NCBI GenBank assembly: GCA_029227655.1
Contig: JAQYAI010000006.1
Location: forward strand, 2,098 to 66,097
DNA: 64,000 nucleotides
From: a bacterium
GTDB lineage: Bacteria > Bacillota > Clostridia > Lachnospirales > Lachnospiraceae
Direction of reading: 5' to 3'
Both the position numbers and the translations under genes were made by a program. Below the pieces are notes generated by a model, which did no database searches, had not been told where the DNA came from, and saw only the letters and a program-made list of their open reading frames with translations. Of this stretch, positions 11,024-20,556 are shown piece after piece. The stretch's first letter is position 1; every line of letters starts with the position of its first letter.

Positions 11024-11053
11024 AGTGGCTGGTACGTTCAAGTACCAGCCATT
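11024..11053. terminator. hairpin between convergent aroB and Rpn-like gene
   Basis: TGGCTGGTAC-N6-GTACCAGCCA perfect inverted repeat. Confidence 0.7.
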
Positions 11054-11064
11054 GTTGCCATGGT

Positions 11065-11718
11065 TTATTTCCAAAATTCATTGACGTATTTTTCTAAAGT
11101 CTGGGAATCAATAGAAGGGAAATTTTCTATTAATTTACTGACGATTTTTTCTTTAGAGATAGAAGATTCCTGTAGTGTTTTGATTACAAATTGGATACTT
11201 TGAGATAATCCATCATTGAATCCATCCTCATAGCCATCAGCACGTGTATCTCTTTCATAGAGTGCCTGATCAAACGTTGTGAGTACCATACTTATCACCT
11301 CTGATTTGTGTTTGTTCAGTATATCCTTCAGAATATTATTTTCAATACAATCATCTACCGCTGATGAAACTGCTTTATGTATATTATCATAGATTTTTTG
11401 GTATTTTCTTATAGTATGAATAAAAATAGAATATTCTTCCAATCGTCTGCGATGTTCATATAGGTTCATAGTGCCGCCAATTAGAAAAGAAATGTCGTTT
11501 TTCATGGATAAATAGATAGCATCGTCTAATGTATTTACCTCAAAATCATCAATGTTTGTATAATCAGACTGATTGACAGCATTGTACAAATCTAGTAAAT
11601 CTTTTTTGTCTTGAAATATGAAACGAAATAATCTGTCTTTAACATTACGATTAGATGTTGGATAATACTGTGTGTCTTCATTGTTTAAGATTTCTTCTGT
11701 TGTGTGTTGAAGTGTCAT
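11065..11718 (-). pseudogene. Rpn/YhgA-like PD-(D/E)XK nuclease family gene with an apparent in-frame internal deletion; C-terminal small ORF intact
   Basis: KDRLFRFIF, LYNAVN and KNDISFLI..LYEH are present, but the following QST...NMPLR...FYNG block expected in this family is absent; C-terminus CIENNILKDIL..EV..M plus xxDG repeats; AGGAGG RBS before 11718. Confidence 0.7.
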
Positions 11719-11882
11719 ATTTCCTCCTTTAGTATAAAATAAAAAAAATATTATTTCAATCAATTTACAATTTAAAGTTGGAAATAGGAAATTCTAAAGA
11801 CAAGCTGTGCGAAAGCTTGAAAAATAGAAATGGTTTTGTGATAGGATCTATAATAATTTATGAATAGATAAATTTCAAGAGG

Positions 11883-11932
11883 AAAACAGTTTGTATTCTT
11901 TCATAAATCAAAGGAATACAAACTGTTTTTTT
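11883..11932. terminator. intrinsic terminator downstream of prs
   Basis: AAAACAGTTTGTATTC...GAATACAAACTGTTTT long inverted repeat. Confidence 0.8.
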
Positions 11933-11940
11933 GCTGAAAG

Positions 11941-13104
11941 TTATCTATGTTTTGCAAGCAGATCATGAATCTTGTCAGTTGGAACAAGTACATCACTGAT
12001 CGGAGTATCATGATTCATGGAATCAATGATCAGTGCGAGGAATTTGCTCATATCCGCTTCAATGAAATATGGTTTTTCATAAAGTTCTGGTGGAAGATAA
12101 GTAAGATTCGTGGTGATGATTCTGTCCATGTAGCCTTTTTCATAGTACTCATCAAATTTTGCAAGACCGTCTGTAAAAAGACCGAATGTTGTACAGATAA
12201 ATACTTTTTCTGCGCCGCGTTCTTTTAACTGCTTTGTAGTATCAAGCATACTTCCGCCGGAAGAAATCATATCATCCATAACAATGACTGTTTTGCCCTT
12301 TAAGTCATCACCGAGGTATTCATGAGCAACGATTGGATTCTTACCACCAATGACCTGTGAGTAGTCACGTCTCTTATAGAACATACCCATGTCTACACCG
12401 AGGACGTTTGCAAGATATACGGCACGTCCCATAGCACCTTCGTCCGGGCTGATGATGGTCATGTGTTCCTTGTCCACTTTAAGATCAGGTTCTGCCTTTA
12501 GTAAAGCTTTCATGAACTGATATGGTGGATTAAAACTGTCAAATCCGTGAAGTGGAATTGCATTCTGAACACGTGGGTCATGAGCGTCAAAGGTGATAAT
12601 ATTTGAAACACCCATGTCTACCAATTCCTGAAGTGCGAGTGCAGCGTCCAGAGATTCACGTTTTGTTCTCTTGTGCTGGCGGCTTTCGTATAAGAATGGC
12701 ATGATAACGTTTACACGGTATGCTTTTCCGGTTGCAGCAGATATAATACGTTTTAAATCCTGATAATGGTCGTCTGGCGACATATAATTTGTCAGACCAT
12801 TTACTTTATAAGACAGACTATGATTGCAGACATCGACCATAACAAATAAGTCTTTCCCACGGACACTTTCTTTGATCACTCCTTTGGCTTCTCCGGAGCC
12901 AAAACGCGGACAGGCAATATCTGTCAAATAAGAATCACATTCATAAGTAGAATATAAATTCCTGTCTAAATCGTTCAAAGAGTCCTTGCGGAAGGAAACG
13001 ATATATTTATCTACTTTTTTTGCAAGATTTTCACAGCTCTTAAGTGCTGCAATCTTGAGCGGTGCGACAGGAAGTTTACTTTCCATCTTTTCAATATCTT
13101 TCAT
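11941..13104 (-). CDS. prs: ribose-phosphate pyrophosphokinase
   Basis: RFGSGE, ESVRG, PFLYESRQ, SPDEG and DDMISSGGS motifs; GAGGAGG RBS. Confidence 0.93.
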   Translation of the reverse strand: MKDIEKMESKLPVAPLKIAALKSCENLAKKVDKYIVSFRKDSLNDLDRNLYSTYECDSYLTDIACPRFGSGEAKGVIKESVRGKDLFVMVDVCNHSLSYKVNGLTNYMSPDDHYQDLKRIISAATGKAYRVNVIMPFLYESRQHKRTKRESLDAALALQELVDMGVSNIITFDAHDPRVQNAIPLHGFDSFNPPYQFMKALLKAEPDLKVDKEHMTIISPDEGAMGRAVYLANVLGVDMGMFYKRRDYSQVIGGKNPIVAHEYLGDDLKGKTVIVMDDMISSGGSMLDTTKQLKERGAEKVFICTTFGLFTDGLAKFDEYYEKGYMDRIITTNLTYLPPELYEKPYFIEADMSKFLALIIDSMNHDTPISDVLVPTDKIHDLLAKHR

Positions 13105-13299
13105 GGGTACCTCCTCATTGATGCGCATAAATTCACATCATAATGTTCATTCTATCTAAATTTATAACATTAAATAGTAATAAAGGCAAGAAAGCCTTTG
13201 TAAAAAATTGCTTTTTTCATGAAAATGCGATATATTATGATATAAACGCGCACTGTCACTTATTGGCAGATTACTATATGTAACAGGAGATATGATTTC

Positions 13300-14616
13300 A
13301 TGAAACATGAGCATATGATAAAAAGTGTCGAAGAAGGCAGTATTGCCTGGGAAATGGGAATCGAACCGGGAGATGTACTTCTTCGTATCAATAATAATAT
13401 CATTGAAGATGTATTTGATTACCATTATTATGTGAATGATGAAGAGCTACTCGTGCTGATCCGCAAGGCAAATGGAGAAGAATGGGAACTGGAAATCGAA
13501 AAGGATTATGAAGATGATCTGGGAATTGAATTTGAACAGGGACTGATGGACGAATATCGTTCCTGCAGAAATAAGTGTATGTTCTGCTTCATTGATCAGA
13601 TGCCGAAAGGGATGAGAGAGACGCTTTATTTCAAAGATGACGATTCCAGGCTTTCCTTTTTACAAGGGAATTATGTGACGCTGACGAATATGAGCGATCA
13701 TGATATAGAACGAATCATCAATTATCATCTGGAGCCGATCAATGTATCCATTCATACAACGAATCCTGAGCTTCGGTGTAAGATGCTTCACAATCGTTTT
13801 GCAGGAGATGCTTTGAAGAAAATCGATGTTCTTTATGAAGGCGGCATTATGATGAATGGGCAGATTGTACTTTGTAAAGGAGAAAATGACGGAGAAGAGC
13901 TGGAACGCAGTATTCGTGATATGACGAAGTGGCTTCCGAATCTTCAGAGTGTTTCTGTAGTTCCCGTGGGACTCACAAAATACAGAGAAGGACTATATCC
14001 GTTAGAACCATTTCATAAAGAGGATGCCAGAAAAGTTCTTGATACGATTCATAAATGGCAGAAGAAAATTTATGAAGAATATGGAATCCATTTTATCCAT
14101 GCCAGTGATGAATGGTATCTGCTTGCCGAAGAAGAACTTCCGGAAGAAGAGAGATATGATGGATATTTACAGTTGGAAAATGGAGTCGGTATGCTCAGGC
14201 TTTTGGAAAATGAGTTCAGCAAGGCCTATGATGAGCTTGAGGGAGATGACAGAAAGCGTCATGTTTCTCTGGCGACAGGAAGGCTGGCGGCACCAACGAT
14301 TGCAAAATTGATGGAAAGGATGAAAGAAAAATATACGAATTTAAAAGTGGATATTTACCCGATTCGCAATGATTTTTTTGGTGAATTGATTACGGTTGCC
14401 GGGCTGATCACCGGACAGGATTTGAAGAACCAGCTTGCGGATAAAGAGTTGGGTGATGTATTATTACTTCCGAATAACATGTTAAGAAGTGGGGAAGAAG
14501 TATTTTTAGATGATATGACTGTGACAGAACTTGCAGAAGCTTTGCAGATAAAAGTGAAGATTGTAGGTTCTAGTGGGCAGGATTTGATAAATGCAGTATT
14601 GCAGATGGAGGAATAG
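13300..14616 (+). CDS. PDZ-domain radical SAM protein (DUF512 family)
   Basis: CRNKCMFC (CxxxCxxC), KDDDSRLSFLQGNY and QLENGVG motifs; usual upstream neighbour of der. Confidence 0.88.
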   Translation: MKHEHMIKSVEEGSIAWEMGIEPGDVLLRINNNIIEDVFDYHYYVNDEELLVLIRKANGEEWELEIEKDYEDDLGIEFEQGLMDEYRSCRNKCMFCFIDQMPKGMRETLYFKDDDSRLSFLQGNYVTLTNMSDHDIERIINYHLEPINVSIHTTNPELRCKMLHNRFAGDALKKIDVLYEGGIMMNGQIVLCKGENDGEELERSIRDMTKWLPNLQSVSVVPVGLTKYREGLYPLEPFHKEDARKVLDTIHKWQKKIYEEYGIHFIHASDEWYLLAEEELPEEERYDGYLQLENGVGMLRLLENEFSKAYDELEGDDRKRHVSLATGRLAAPTIAKLMERMKEKYTNLKVDIYPIRNDFFGELITVAGLITGQDLKNQLADKELGDVLLLPNNMLRSGEEVFLDDMTVTELAEALQIKVKIVGSSGQDLINAVLQMEE

Positions 14617-14619
14617 AAG

Positions 14620-15948
14620 ATGAGTAAACCTGTAGTAGCCATTGTCGGGCGTCCGAATGTAGGAAAATCAACGCTTTTCAACGCATTGGCAGGAGAAAAA
14701 ATAGCAATTGTAAAAGACACACCAGGGGTGACCAGGGACCGTATTTATGCGGAAGTCACATGGCTGGATAGAGAATTCACACTGATCGATACCGGTGGTA
14801 TTGAGCCGGACAGCAGTGATATTATTCTCTCGCAGATGAGAGAACAGGCGCAGATTGCCATTGATACAGCGGATGTTATTTTGTTTATGACGGACGTAAA
14901 GCAGGGAATGGTAGATTCAGATTCAAAGGTGGCAGATATGCTCCGCCGTTCACATAAACCAGTGATACTTGTGGTAAATAAAGTGGATAATTATCAGAAG
15001 ATGATGGCAGATGTATATGAATTTTACAACCTTGGAATCGGCGATCCAATACCGATTTCTGCGGCTGAAAGAATTGGAATTGGGGATATGCTGGACCGTG
15101 TGATGGAATATTTCCCATCAGGAGCAGGGAAAGAGGAAGAAGATGATCGTCCAAGAGTGGCAATCGTAGGAAAGCCAAATGTTGGAAAATCATCGATCAT
15201 CAATAAACTGACGGGAGAATCACGTGTAATCGTATCAGATATCGCTGGTACAACAAGAGATGCAATCGATACAAATATCAGACATAACGGCAAAGATTAT
15301 GTATTCATTGATACAGCCGGGCTTCGTCGTAAGAATAAGATCAAAGAAGAACTGGAACGGTACAGTATTATCCGTACTGTCACAGCGGTAGAGCGGGCAG
15401 ATGTGGTTCTCGTGGTAATTGATGCAACAGAAGGAGTTACAGAGCAGGATGCGAAGATTGCGGGAATCGCGCATGAGCGTGGAAAAGGTGTCATCATTGT
15501 GGTAAATAAATGGGATGCCATTGAAAAAAATGATAAGACAATGCGGGAATTTGAGCAACAGATCCGTCTGATCTTATCTTTCATGCCATATGCAGAAATC
15601 ATGTATGTTTCGGCAGAAACGGGACAGAGACTTCCAAAGCTTTTTGATATGATCGATATGGTAATCGAAAATCAGACCCTTCGTGTTTCCACGGGTGTCC
15701 TGAATGAAATCATGACAGAAGCGGTTGCGATGCAGCAGCCACCTACAGATAAGGGAAAACGTCTGAAATTATACTATATTACACAGGTAGCAGTAAAACC
15801 GCCAACATTTGTTATCTTTGTTAATGATAAAGAATTAATGCATTTTTCCTATACACGTTATCTGGAAAATAAGATCCGCGAGGCTTTTGGCTTCAAGGGA
15901 ACTTCGCTGAAATTCTTTATCCGTGAAAGAAAGGAAAAGGATCAGTAA
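14620..15948 (+). CDS. der: ribosome biogenesis GTPase Der (EngA)
   Basis: two G domains, GRPNVGKS and GKPNVGKS, with DTGG/DTAG and NKVD/NKWD. Confidence 0.97.
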   Translation: MSKPVVAIVGRPNVGKSTLFNALAGEKIAIVKDTPGVTRDRIYAEVTWLDREFTLIDTGGIEPDSSDIILSQMREQAQIAIDTADVILFMTDVKQGMVDSDSKVADMLRRSHKPVILVVNKVDNYQKMMADVYEFYNLGIGDPIPISAAERIGIGDMLDRVMEYFPSGAGKEEEDDRPRVAIVGKPNVGKSSIINKLTGESRVIVSDIAGTTRDAIDTNIRHNGKDYVFIDTAGLRRKNKIKEELERYSIIRTVTAVERADVVLVVIDATEGVTEQDAKIAGIAHERGKGVIIVVNKWDAIEKNDKTMREFEQQIRLILSFMPYAEIMYVSAETGQRLPKLFDMIDMVIENQTLRVSTGVLNEIMTEAVAMQQPPTDKGKRLKLYYITQVAVKPPTFVIFVNDKELMHFSYTRYLENKIREAFGFKGTSLKFFIRERKEKDQ

Positions 15949-16599
15949 ATGATGGAAAGAATAATTTGTCTTCTCATAGGATATGTATTCGGTTTATTTC
16001 AGACAGGATATTTATATAGTAAAAAACATCATTTTGATATTCGCAATCATGGAAGCGGGAATGCTGGAGCAACCAATGTACTCCGTACGATGGGCTTAAA
16101 AGCAGGAGCAGTTACTTTTTTAGGAGATGCGTTCAAGTGCATTTTTGCTGTGTTGCTCGTGAAAATGATTTTTAAGAATACGCAGGCAGATATACTTCCA
16201 TTACTTGCTTTGTATGCAGGTTTTGGTGCGGTTCTTGGTCATAATTATCCATTTTATATGAATTTCAAAGGTGGAAAAGGAATCGCAGTTACCGCCGGAA
16301 TCATTGCCAGCACAGACTGGAGACTTACCATCGTATGTCTCGTGATTTTTGTGGGCGTAGTTGCGATAACAAGATATGTTTCATTGGGATCTCTTTTCAT
16401 TTCCCTTGCGTTTTTTATCGGCGTTGTTCTTCTTGGACAGGCAGGAGAATTTGGGATGGCATCAAATGATCTGATGGAAATGTATGTAGTTGCACTTTTA
16501 TTTGTGGTTTCAGCATTTATTCGTCATCGAGCGAATATTCGACGTTTACTCAATGGAACCGAAAATAAAATCAGTTTTGGGAAGAAAGAAGGAAAATAA
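15949..16599 (+). CDS. plsY: glycerol-3-phosphate acyltransferase
   Basis: GSGNAGATN, GHNYP, FKGGKG and HRANI motifs; multi-TM. Confidence 0.95.
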   Translation: MMERIICLLIGYVFGLFQTGYLYSKKHHFDIRNHGSGNAGATNVLRTMGLKAGAVTFLGDAFKCIFAVLLVKMIFKNTQADILPLLALYAGFGAVLGHNYPFYMNFKGGKGIAVTAGIIASTDWRLTIVCLVIFVGVVAITRYVSLGSLFISLAFFIGVVLLGQAGEFGMASNDLMEMYVVALLFVVSAFIRHRANIRRLLNGTENKISFGKKEGK

Positions 16600-16600
16600 T

Positions 16601-17611
16601 ATGGCAAGAGCAGGAGTTATGGGTGCAGGGAGCTGGGGAACTGCACTGGCACTGTTACTTAGTAAGAACGGTCACGAGGTGACAATCTGGTCTATTGATA
16701 AAGCAGAAGTAGAGATGCTGAAAGCAAAGAGAGAACATGTGGATAAGCTGCCAGGGATTCCTATTCCGGAAAGTATTAAGATTACAAATAATATTACCGA
16801 AGGAATCGAAGGAATGGACATTGTTGTACTTGCTGTTCCATCTGTATTTACAAGAAGTACTGCCCGTGCAATGTGCCCGTATGTAAAAGACGGACAAATT
16901 CTGGTAAATGTATCAAAAGGGATTGAAGAAACCACTCTCATGACTATGACAGAACAGATCGAAGAAGAAATCCCACAGGCGAATGTGACGGTTCTTTCAG
17001 GGCCGAGTCATGCGGAAGAGGTAGGGCGTGAGATTCCAACTACGGTGGTTGTCGGGGCTAAAGATCAGAAAACGGCAGAATATATCCAGAGCATCTTTAT
17101 GAGCAGAGTATTCCGTGTGTATACAAGTCCGGATATCCTTGGAATAGAATTGGGTGGTTCGTTGAAGAACGTCATTGCGCTTGCGGCCGGAATGGCAGAC
17201 GGGCTTGGGTATGGAGACAACACAAAAGCAGCTCTTATCACGCGTGGAATGGCGGAAATTTCCAGACTTGGCATAAAGATGGGCGGTAAGGCAGAAACAT
17301 TTTCTGGTCTTGCCGGAATGGGTGACCTGATCGTAACATGTGCTAGTATTCATAGCAGAAACCGCAAAGCAGGTTATCTTATGGGTAAGGGAAGAACGAT
17401 GCAGGAAGCCATGGATGAAGTAAAGATGGTAGTGGAAGGTGTTTATTCAGCGAAAGCAGCGAAGGCACTTGCCAGGAAATATGATGTTTCCATGCCAATC
17501 GTGGAAGAAGTAAATAAAATACTTTTTGAGAACAAGAAAGCGGAAGATGCGGTAAGTGAACTGATGCTTCGAGATGGTAAGATTGAGCACTCAGATCTTC
17601 CGTGGGAATAA
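16601..17611 (+). CDS. gpsA: NAD(P)H-dependent glycerol-3-phosphate dehydrogenase
   Basis: GAGSWGTA, SKGIE, SGPSHAEEV, KNVIA and GDLIVTC motifs. Confidence 0.96.
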   Translation: MARAGVMGAGSWGTALALLLSKNGHEVTIWSIDKAEVEMLKAKREHVDKLPGIPIPESIKITNNITEGIEGMDIVVLAVPSVFTRSTARAMCPYVKDGQILVNVSKGIEETTLMTMTEQIEEEIPQANVTVLSGPSHAEEVGREIPTTVVVGAKDQKTAEYIQSIFMSRVFRVYTSPDILGIELGGSLKNVIALAAGMADGLGYGDNTKAALITRGMAEISRLGIKMGGKAETFSGLAGMGDLIVTCASIHSRNRKAGYLMGKGRTMQEAMDEVKMVVEGVYSAKAAKALARKYDVSMPIVEEVNKILFENKKAEDAVSELMLRDGKIEHSDLPWE

Positions 17612-17700
17612 AAATCATAGTTTTATAAAGCAGGATGTGAAGAACATTCTGCTTTTTTGCCGGTTACTCAGAAAAAGGACAGGCGAATCATTTTGCATAG

Positions 17701-17729
17701 TTCTATATTTTCCTTTTTTGACATAGACT
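17701..17729 (+). promoter_or_regulatory. putative sigmaE promoter of spoIVA
   Basis: TTCTATAT-13 bp-CATAGACT resembles the mother-cell sigmaE consensus. Confidence 0.55.
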
Positions 17730-17757
17730 ATATCAGCAATCAAAGGGGGAAATATAG

Positions 17758-19230
17758 GTGAATACATTTGATTTATATAAGGATATTGAGACGAGGACCG
17801 GAGGAGAAATCTATATTGGGGTCGTAGGGCCGGTAAGAACAGGAAAATCAACATTTATCAAGCGGTTCATGGATGTGCTTGTCCTGCCTCATATGGATGA
17901 TATCCATTCGAGAGAACAGGCGAAGGATGAGCTTCCGCAGTCTGCATCCGGGAAGACGATTATGACGACAGAACCGAAATTTGTACCAAAAGAGGGAGCA
18001 CTCATTAATGTGGCAGAAGATATTCAGGTAAAAGTCAGGCTGATCGATTGTGTGGGATACATGGTAGAAGGTGCCTCCGGACATATTGAAAATCAGGAGG
18101 AACGGAAGGTACGGACTCCATGGTTCGATTATGAGATTCCGTTTACCAAAGCGGCAAGTATTGGAACCAGAAAAGTAATCCATGATCATTCGACCATTGG
18201 AATTGTGGTGACAACGGATGGAAGTATTGGTGAAATTCCACGAGAAAATTACAGACCGGCAGAAGAAAAGACGATTCAGGAACTTCAGGGGCTCGGGAAG
18301 CCGTTCATTGTTCTGGTAAATTCAAAAAAACCGTACGGTGATGATGCAAAAAAGGTGGCCGAAGAAATTCGCAAATTATATGGCGTGATGGCCGTTCCGG
18401 TGAACTGCGAACAGTTGAAAGAAGAGGATATTCATAAAATCATGGAATTGATTCTGGAAGCATTTCCTGTGTCTGAAGTAAGATTTTTTATACCTAAATG
18501 GGCGGAGATGCTTCCGGCAGAGCATCGAATCAAAAGTGAATTATTGAACTGTGCGAAGAAGATTATGCAGAATATCAGTCAAATTGGGGATGTACAAAAT
18601 GCGCTGCATGAGCCGGACAGTATGTACATAGATGAAGTAAGAGTCGAAGATATTGCAATGGACAAAGGTGCAGTAAATCTGGAAATCCGTATTCCGGATG
18701 TGTATTATTATGAAATGCTAAGTGAACTGACGGGAATGGAAATGAAGAGTGAATATGATCTTATCAGCACGATTCAGAGATTTTCAAAATTATGCAAAGA
18801 ATATGAGGCTATGAAAGATGCTATTGACGCAGTAAAAATGCGGGGATATGGAGTTGTAAGTCCGCAGAAAGAAGAAATCACGATGGCAGAGCCTGTCATC
18901 ATCAAACAAGGAAATAAATTTGGAGTGAAAATCCATACAGAAGCACCATCTATTCATATGATCAAGGCCAATATTGAGACAGAAATTGCTCCAATTGTTG
19001 GAAGTGAGAAGCAGGCGGAAGATTTGCTCCAATATATTGAAACTTCATCAAAATCACCAGAAGGCGTATGGGAAACCAATATTTTGGGAAAATCTATAGA
19101 AGAGCTTGTCATGGATGGCATAAAGAATAAAATCATGATGATCAATGATGAGAGCCAGATCAAGCTCCAGGATACGATGCAGAAAATTGTGAATGACAGT
19201 AATGGAGGAATGGTTTGTATTATAATTTAG
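17758..19230 (+). CDS. spoIVA: stage IV sporulation protein A
   Basis: GVVGPVRTGKSTFIKRFM, DELPQS, MTTEPKF and IAPIVGSE motifs; GGMVCIII C-terminus. Confidence 0.97.
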   Translation: MNTFDLYKDIETRTGGEIYIGVVGPVRTGKSTFIKRFMDVLVLPHMDDIHSREQAKDELPQSASGKTIMTTEPKFVPKEGALINVAEDIQVKVRLIDCVGYMVEGASGHIENQEERKVRTPWFDYEIPFTKAASIGTRKVIHDHSTIGIVVTTDGSIGEIPRENYRPAEEKTIQELQGLGKPFIVLVNSKKPYGDDAKKVAEEIRKLYGVMAVPVNCEQLKEEDIHKIMELILEAFPVSEVRFFIPKWAEMLPAEHRIKSELLNCAKKIMQNISQIGDVQNALHEPDSMYIDEVRVEDIAMDKGAVNLEIRIPDVYYYEMLSELTGMEMKSEYDLISTIQRFSKLCKEYEAMKDAIDAVKMRGYGVVSPQKEEITMAEPVIIKQGNKFGVKIHTEAPSIHMIKANIETEIAPIVGSEKQAEDLLQYIETSSKSPEGVWETNILGKSIEELVMDGIKNKIMMINDESQIKLQDTMQKIVNDSNGGMVCIII

Positions 19231-19296
19231 AAGTACACATGTGCGTGGGAATGTGGTATACTTTTTGTAGAGTACATAAGAAGAGAGGGAGTTTTC

Positions 19297-19782
19297 ATGA
19301 GAGCGGTTATTATTCCAGTAGATACATTGATATATAGGAAATTGAAAGAAGATACATGTTCACAGATTGTGAAAAGAATGCTTGGACAGGTTGGATTTCG
19401 CACAGAGATGATTCAGCCGGTTCCAAATGATAAGGAAGTCATCAGACAGGTTCTCGCCAGACTTGCGGATACGAATGCAGCGGATCTGATTCTCACAATC
19501 GGGGGAATTGGATGCAGGGAGGAGGACTGGACACCCGAAGCGACCAAGGCAATCGTAGATAAAGAGATTCTTGGTATGGGAGAAGCAATGCGAATGTACA
19601 TGACAAGAACAAGGAAACGTGCAATGTTGACAAGGGGAACAGCAGGAATCCGTAAGAAGACACTGATCGTTAATCTTCCGGGAAGTCCAAGAATCATCAA
19701 GGAATGTCTGGAGTATATTCTACCGGAAGTGGTTTATGCGACAGAAGTAGTTCTTGGAGAACATGACGATATTAAAGAATAA
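19297..19782 (+). CDS. MogA/MoaB-family molybdopterin-binding protein (divergent)
   Basis: LILTIGGIG..D.TPEAT, AMLTRG and NLPGSP motifs. Confidence 0.8.
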   Translation: MRAVIIPVDTLIYRKLKEDTCSQIVKRMLGQVGFRTEMIQPVPNDKEVIRQVLARLADTNAADLILTIGGIGCREEDWTPEATKAIVDKEILGMGEAMRMYMTRTRKRAMLTRGTAGIRKKTLIVNLPGSPRIIKECLEYILPEVVYATEVVLGEHDDIKE

Positions 19783-19794
19783 TTGAGGAAATAT

Positions 19795-20268
19795 ATGAAA
19801 GTAAAGATTTATACAGATGGAGCAGCACGAGGAAATCCAGATGGACCAGGTGGATATGGAACTGTGCTGGAGTATGTAGATACCAAAGGTGAGTTACATA
19901 CCAAAGAAATATCGCAGGGATATGTGAAGACAACGAATAACCGCATGGAGCTTATGGCGGTAATTGCAGGGCTGGAAGCATTGAACAGACCTTGTGAGAT
20001 AGAACTTTATTCAGATTCACAGTATGTGGTAAATGCATTTAACCAGCACTGGATCGATGGATGGCTGAAAAAAGGATGGAAACGAGGGAAGAATGAACCT
20101 GTGAAGAATGTGGATCTGTGGAAAAGGCTTCTGAAGGCAAAAGAGCCACATCAAGTAACCTTTATCTGGGTCAAAGGACATGATGGTCATCCACAGAATG
20201 AAAGATGTGATACCCTTGCAACGACGGCAGCGGATGGTGATAATCTTATTGTCGATGAGGGAATTTAG
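19795..20268 (+). CDS. rnhA: ribonuclease HI
   Basis: [28 protein letters not shown] and NERCD motifs. Confidence 0.97.
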   Translation: MKVKIYTDGAARGNPDGPGGYGTVLEYVDTKGELHTKEISQGYVKTTNNRMELMAVIAGLEALNRPCEIELYSDSQYVVNAFNQHWIDGWLKKGWKRGKNEPVKNVDLWKRLLKAKEPHQVTFIWVKGHDGHPQNERCDTLATTAADGDNLIVDEGI

Positions 20269-20291
20269 ACACAAATTAAAGAGAGAATATG

Positions 20292-20326
20292 AAAAAGATG
20301 AAACAATAAGGTTTCGTCTTTTTTTT
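20292..20326 (+). terminator. intrinsic terminator after rnhA
   Basis: AAAGATGAAAC/GTTTCGTCTTT stem followed by a T-run. Confidence 0.8.
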
Positions 20327-20469
20327 GTTATGCGACGAGGAAAATGGACATTTGACGACCGCTAATCAGAGCGAGATTCACAAAGCGTATCTCGTCTCTG
20401 TGCTCAGAGATTTCTGTGGAAGATATTTTGAATTTTTTTTCTTGAAAAATATCTGAGTTTCTCGATTTG

Positions 20470-20499
20470 TTGAAATGAGAGATTTTATGTGCATATAAT
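20470..20499 (+). promoter_or_regulatory. putative sigmaA promoter of the pilus operon
   Basis: TTGAAA-18 bp-TATAAT. Confidence 0.55.
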
Positions 20500-20556
20500 A
20501 AAGCCTACTCAGCAAAATATAGTCGAAGAAGGAGGAAAAGGGAAATTAAGAATTTA

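Noticed and set aside
11065-11763. Active transposase/IS call for the Rpn-like gene
   Set aside because: No terminal inverted repeats or target duplication; the family label 'putative transposase' is not evidence of mobility and the core appears deleted
20433-20440. T8 tract as a phase-variation switch for the pilus
   Set aside because: It lies upstream of the predicted -35 rather than in the spacer or coding region; short tracts are common in this AT-rich DNA
20330-20520. c-di-GMP riboswitch or invertible promoter upstream of the pilus genes
   Set aside because: No GEMM-type GCAAA/GAAA-receptor motifs recognised; the IRs do not flank the promoter and no invertase is present
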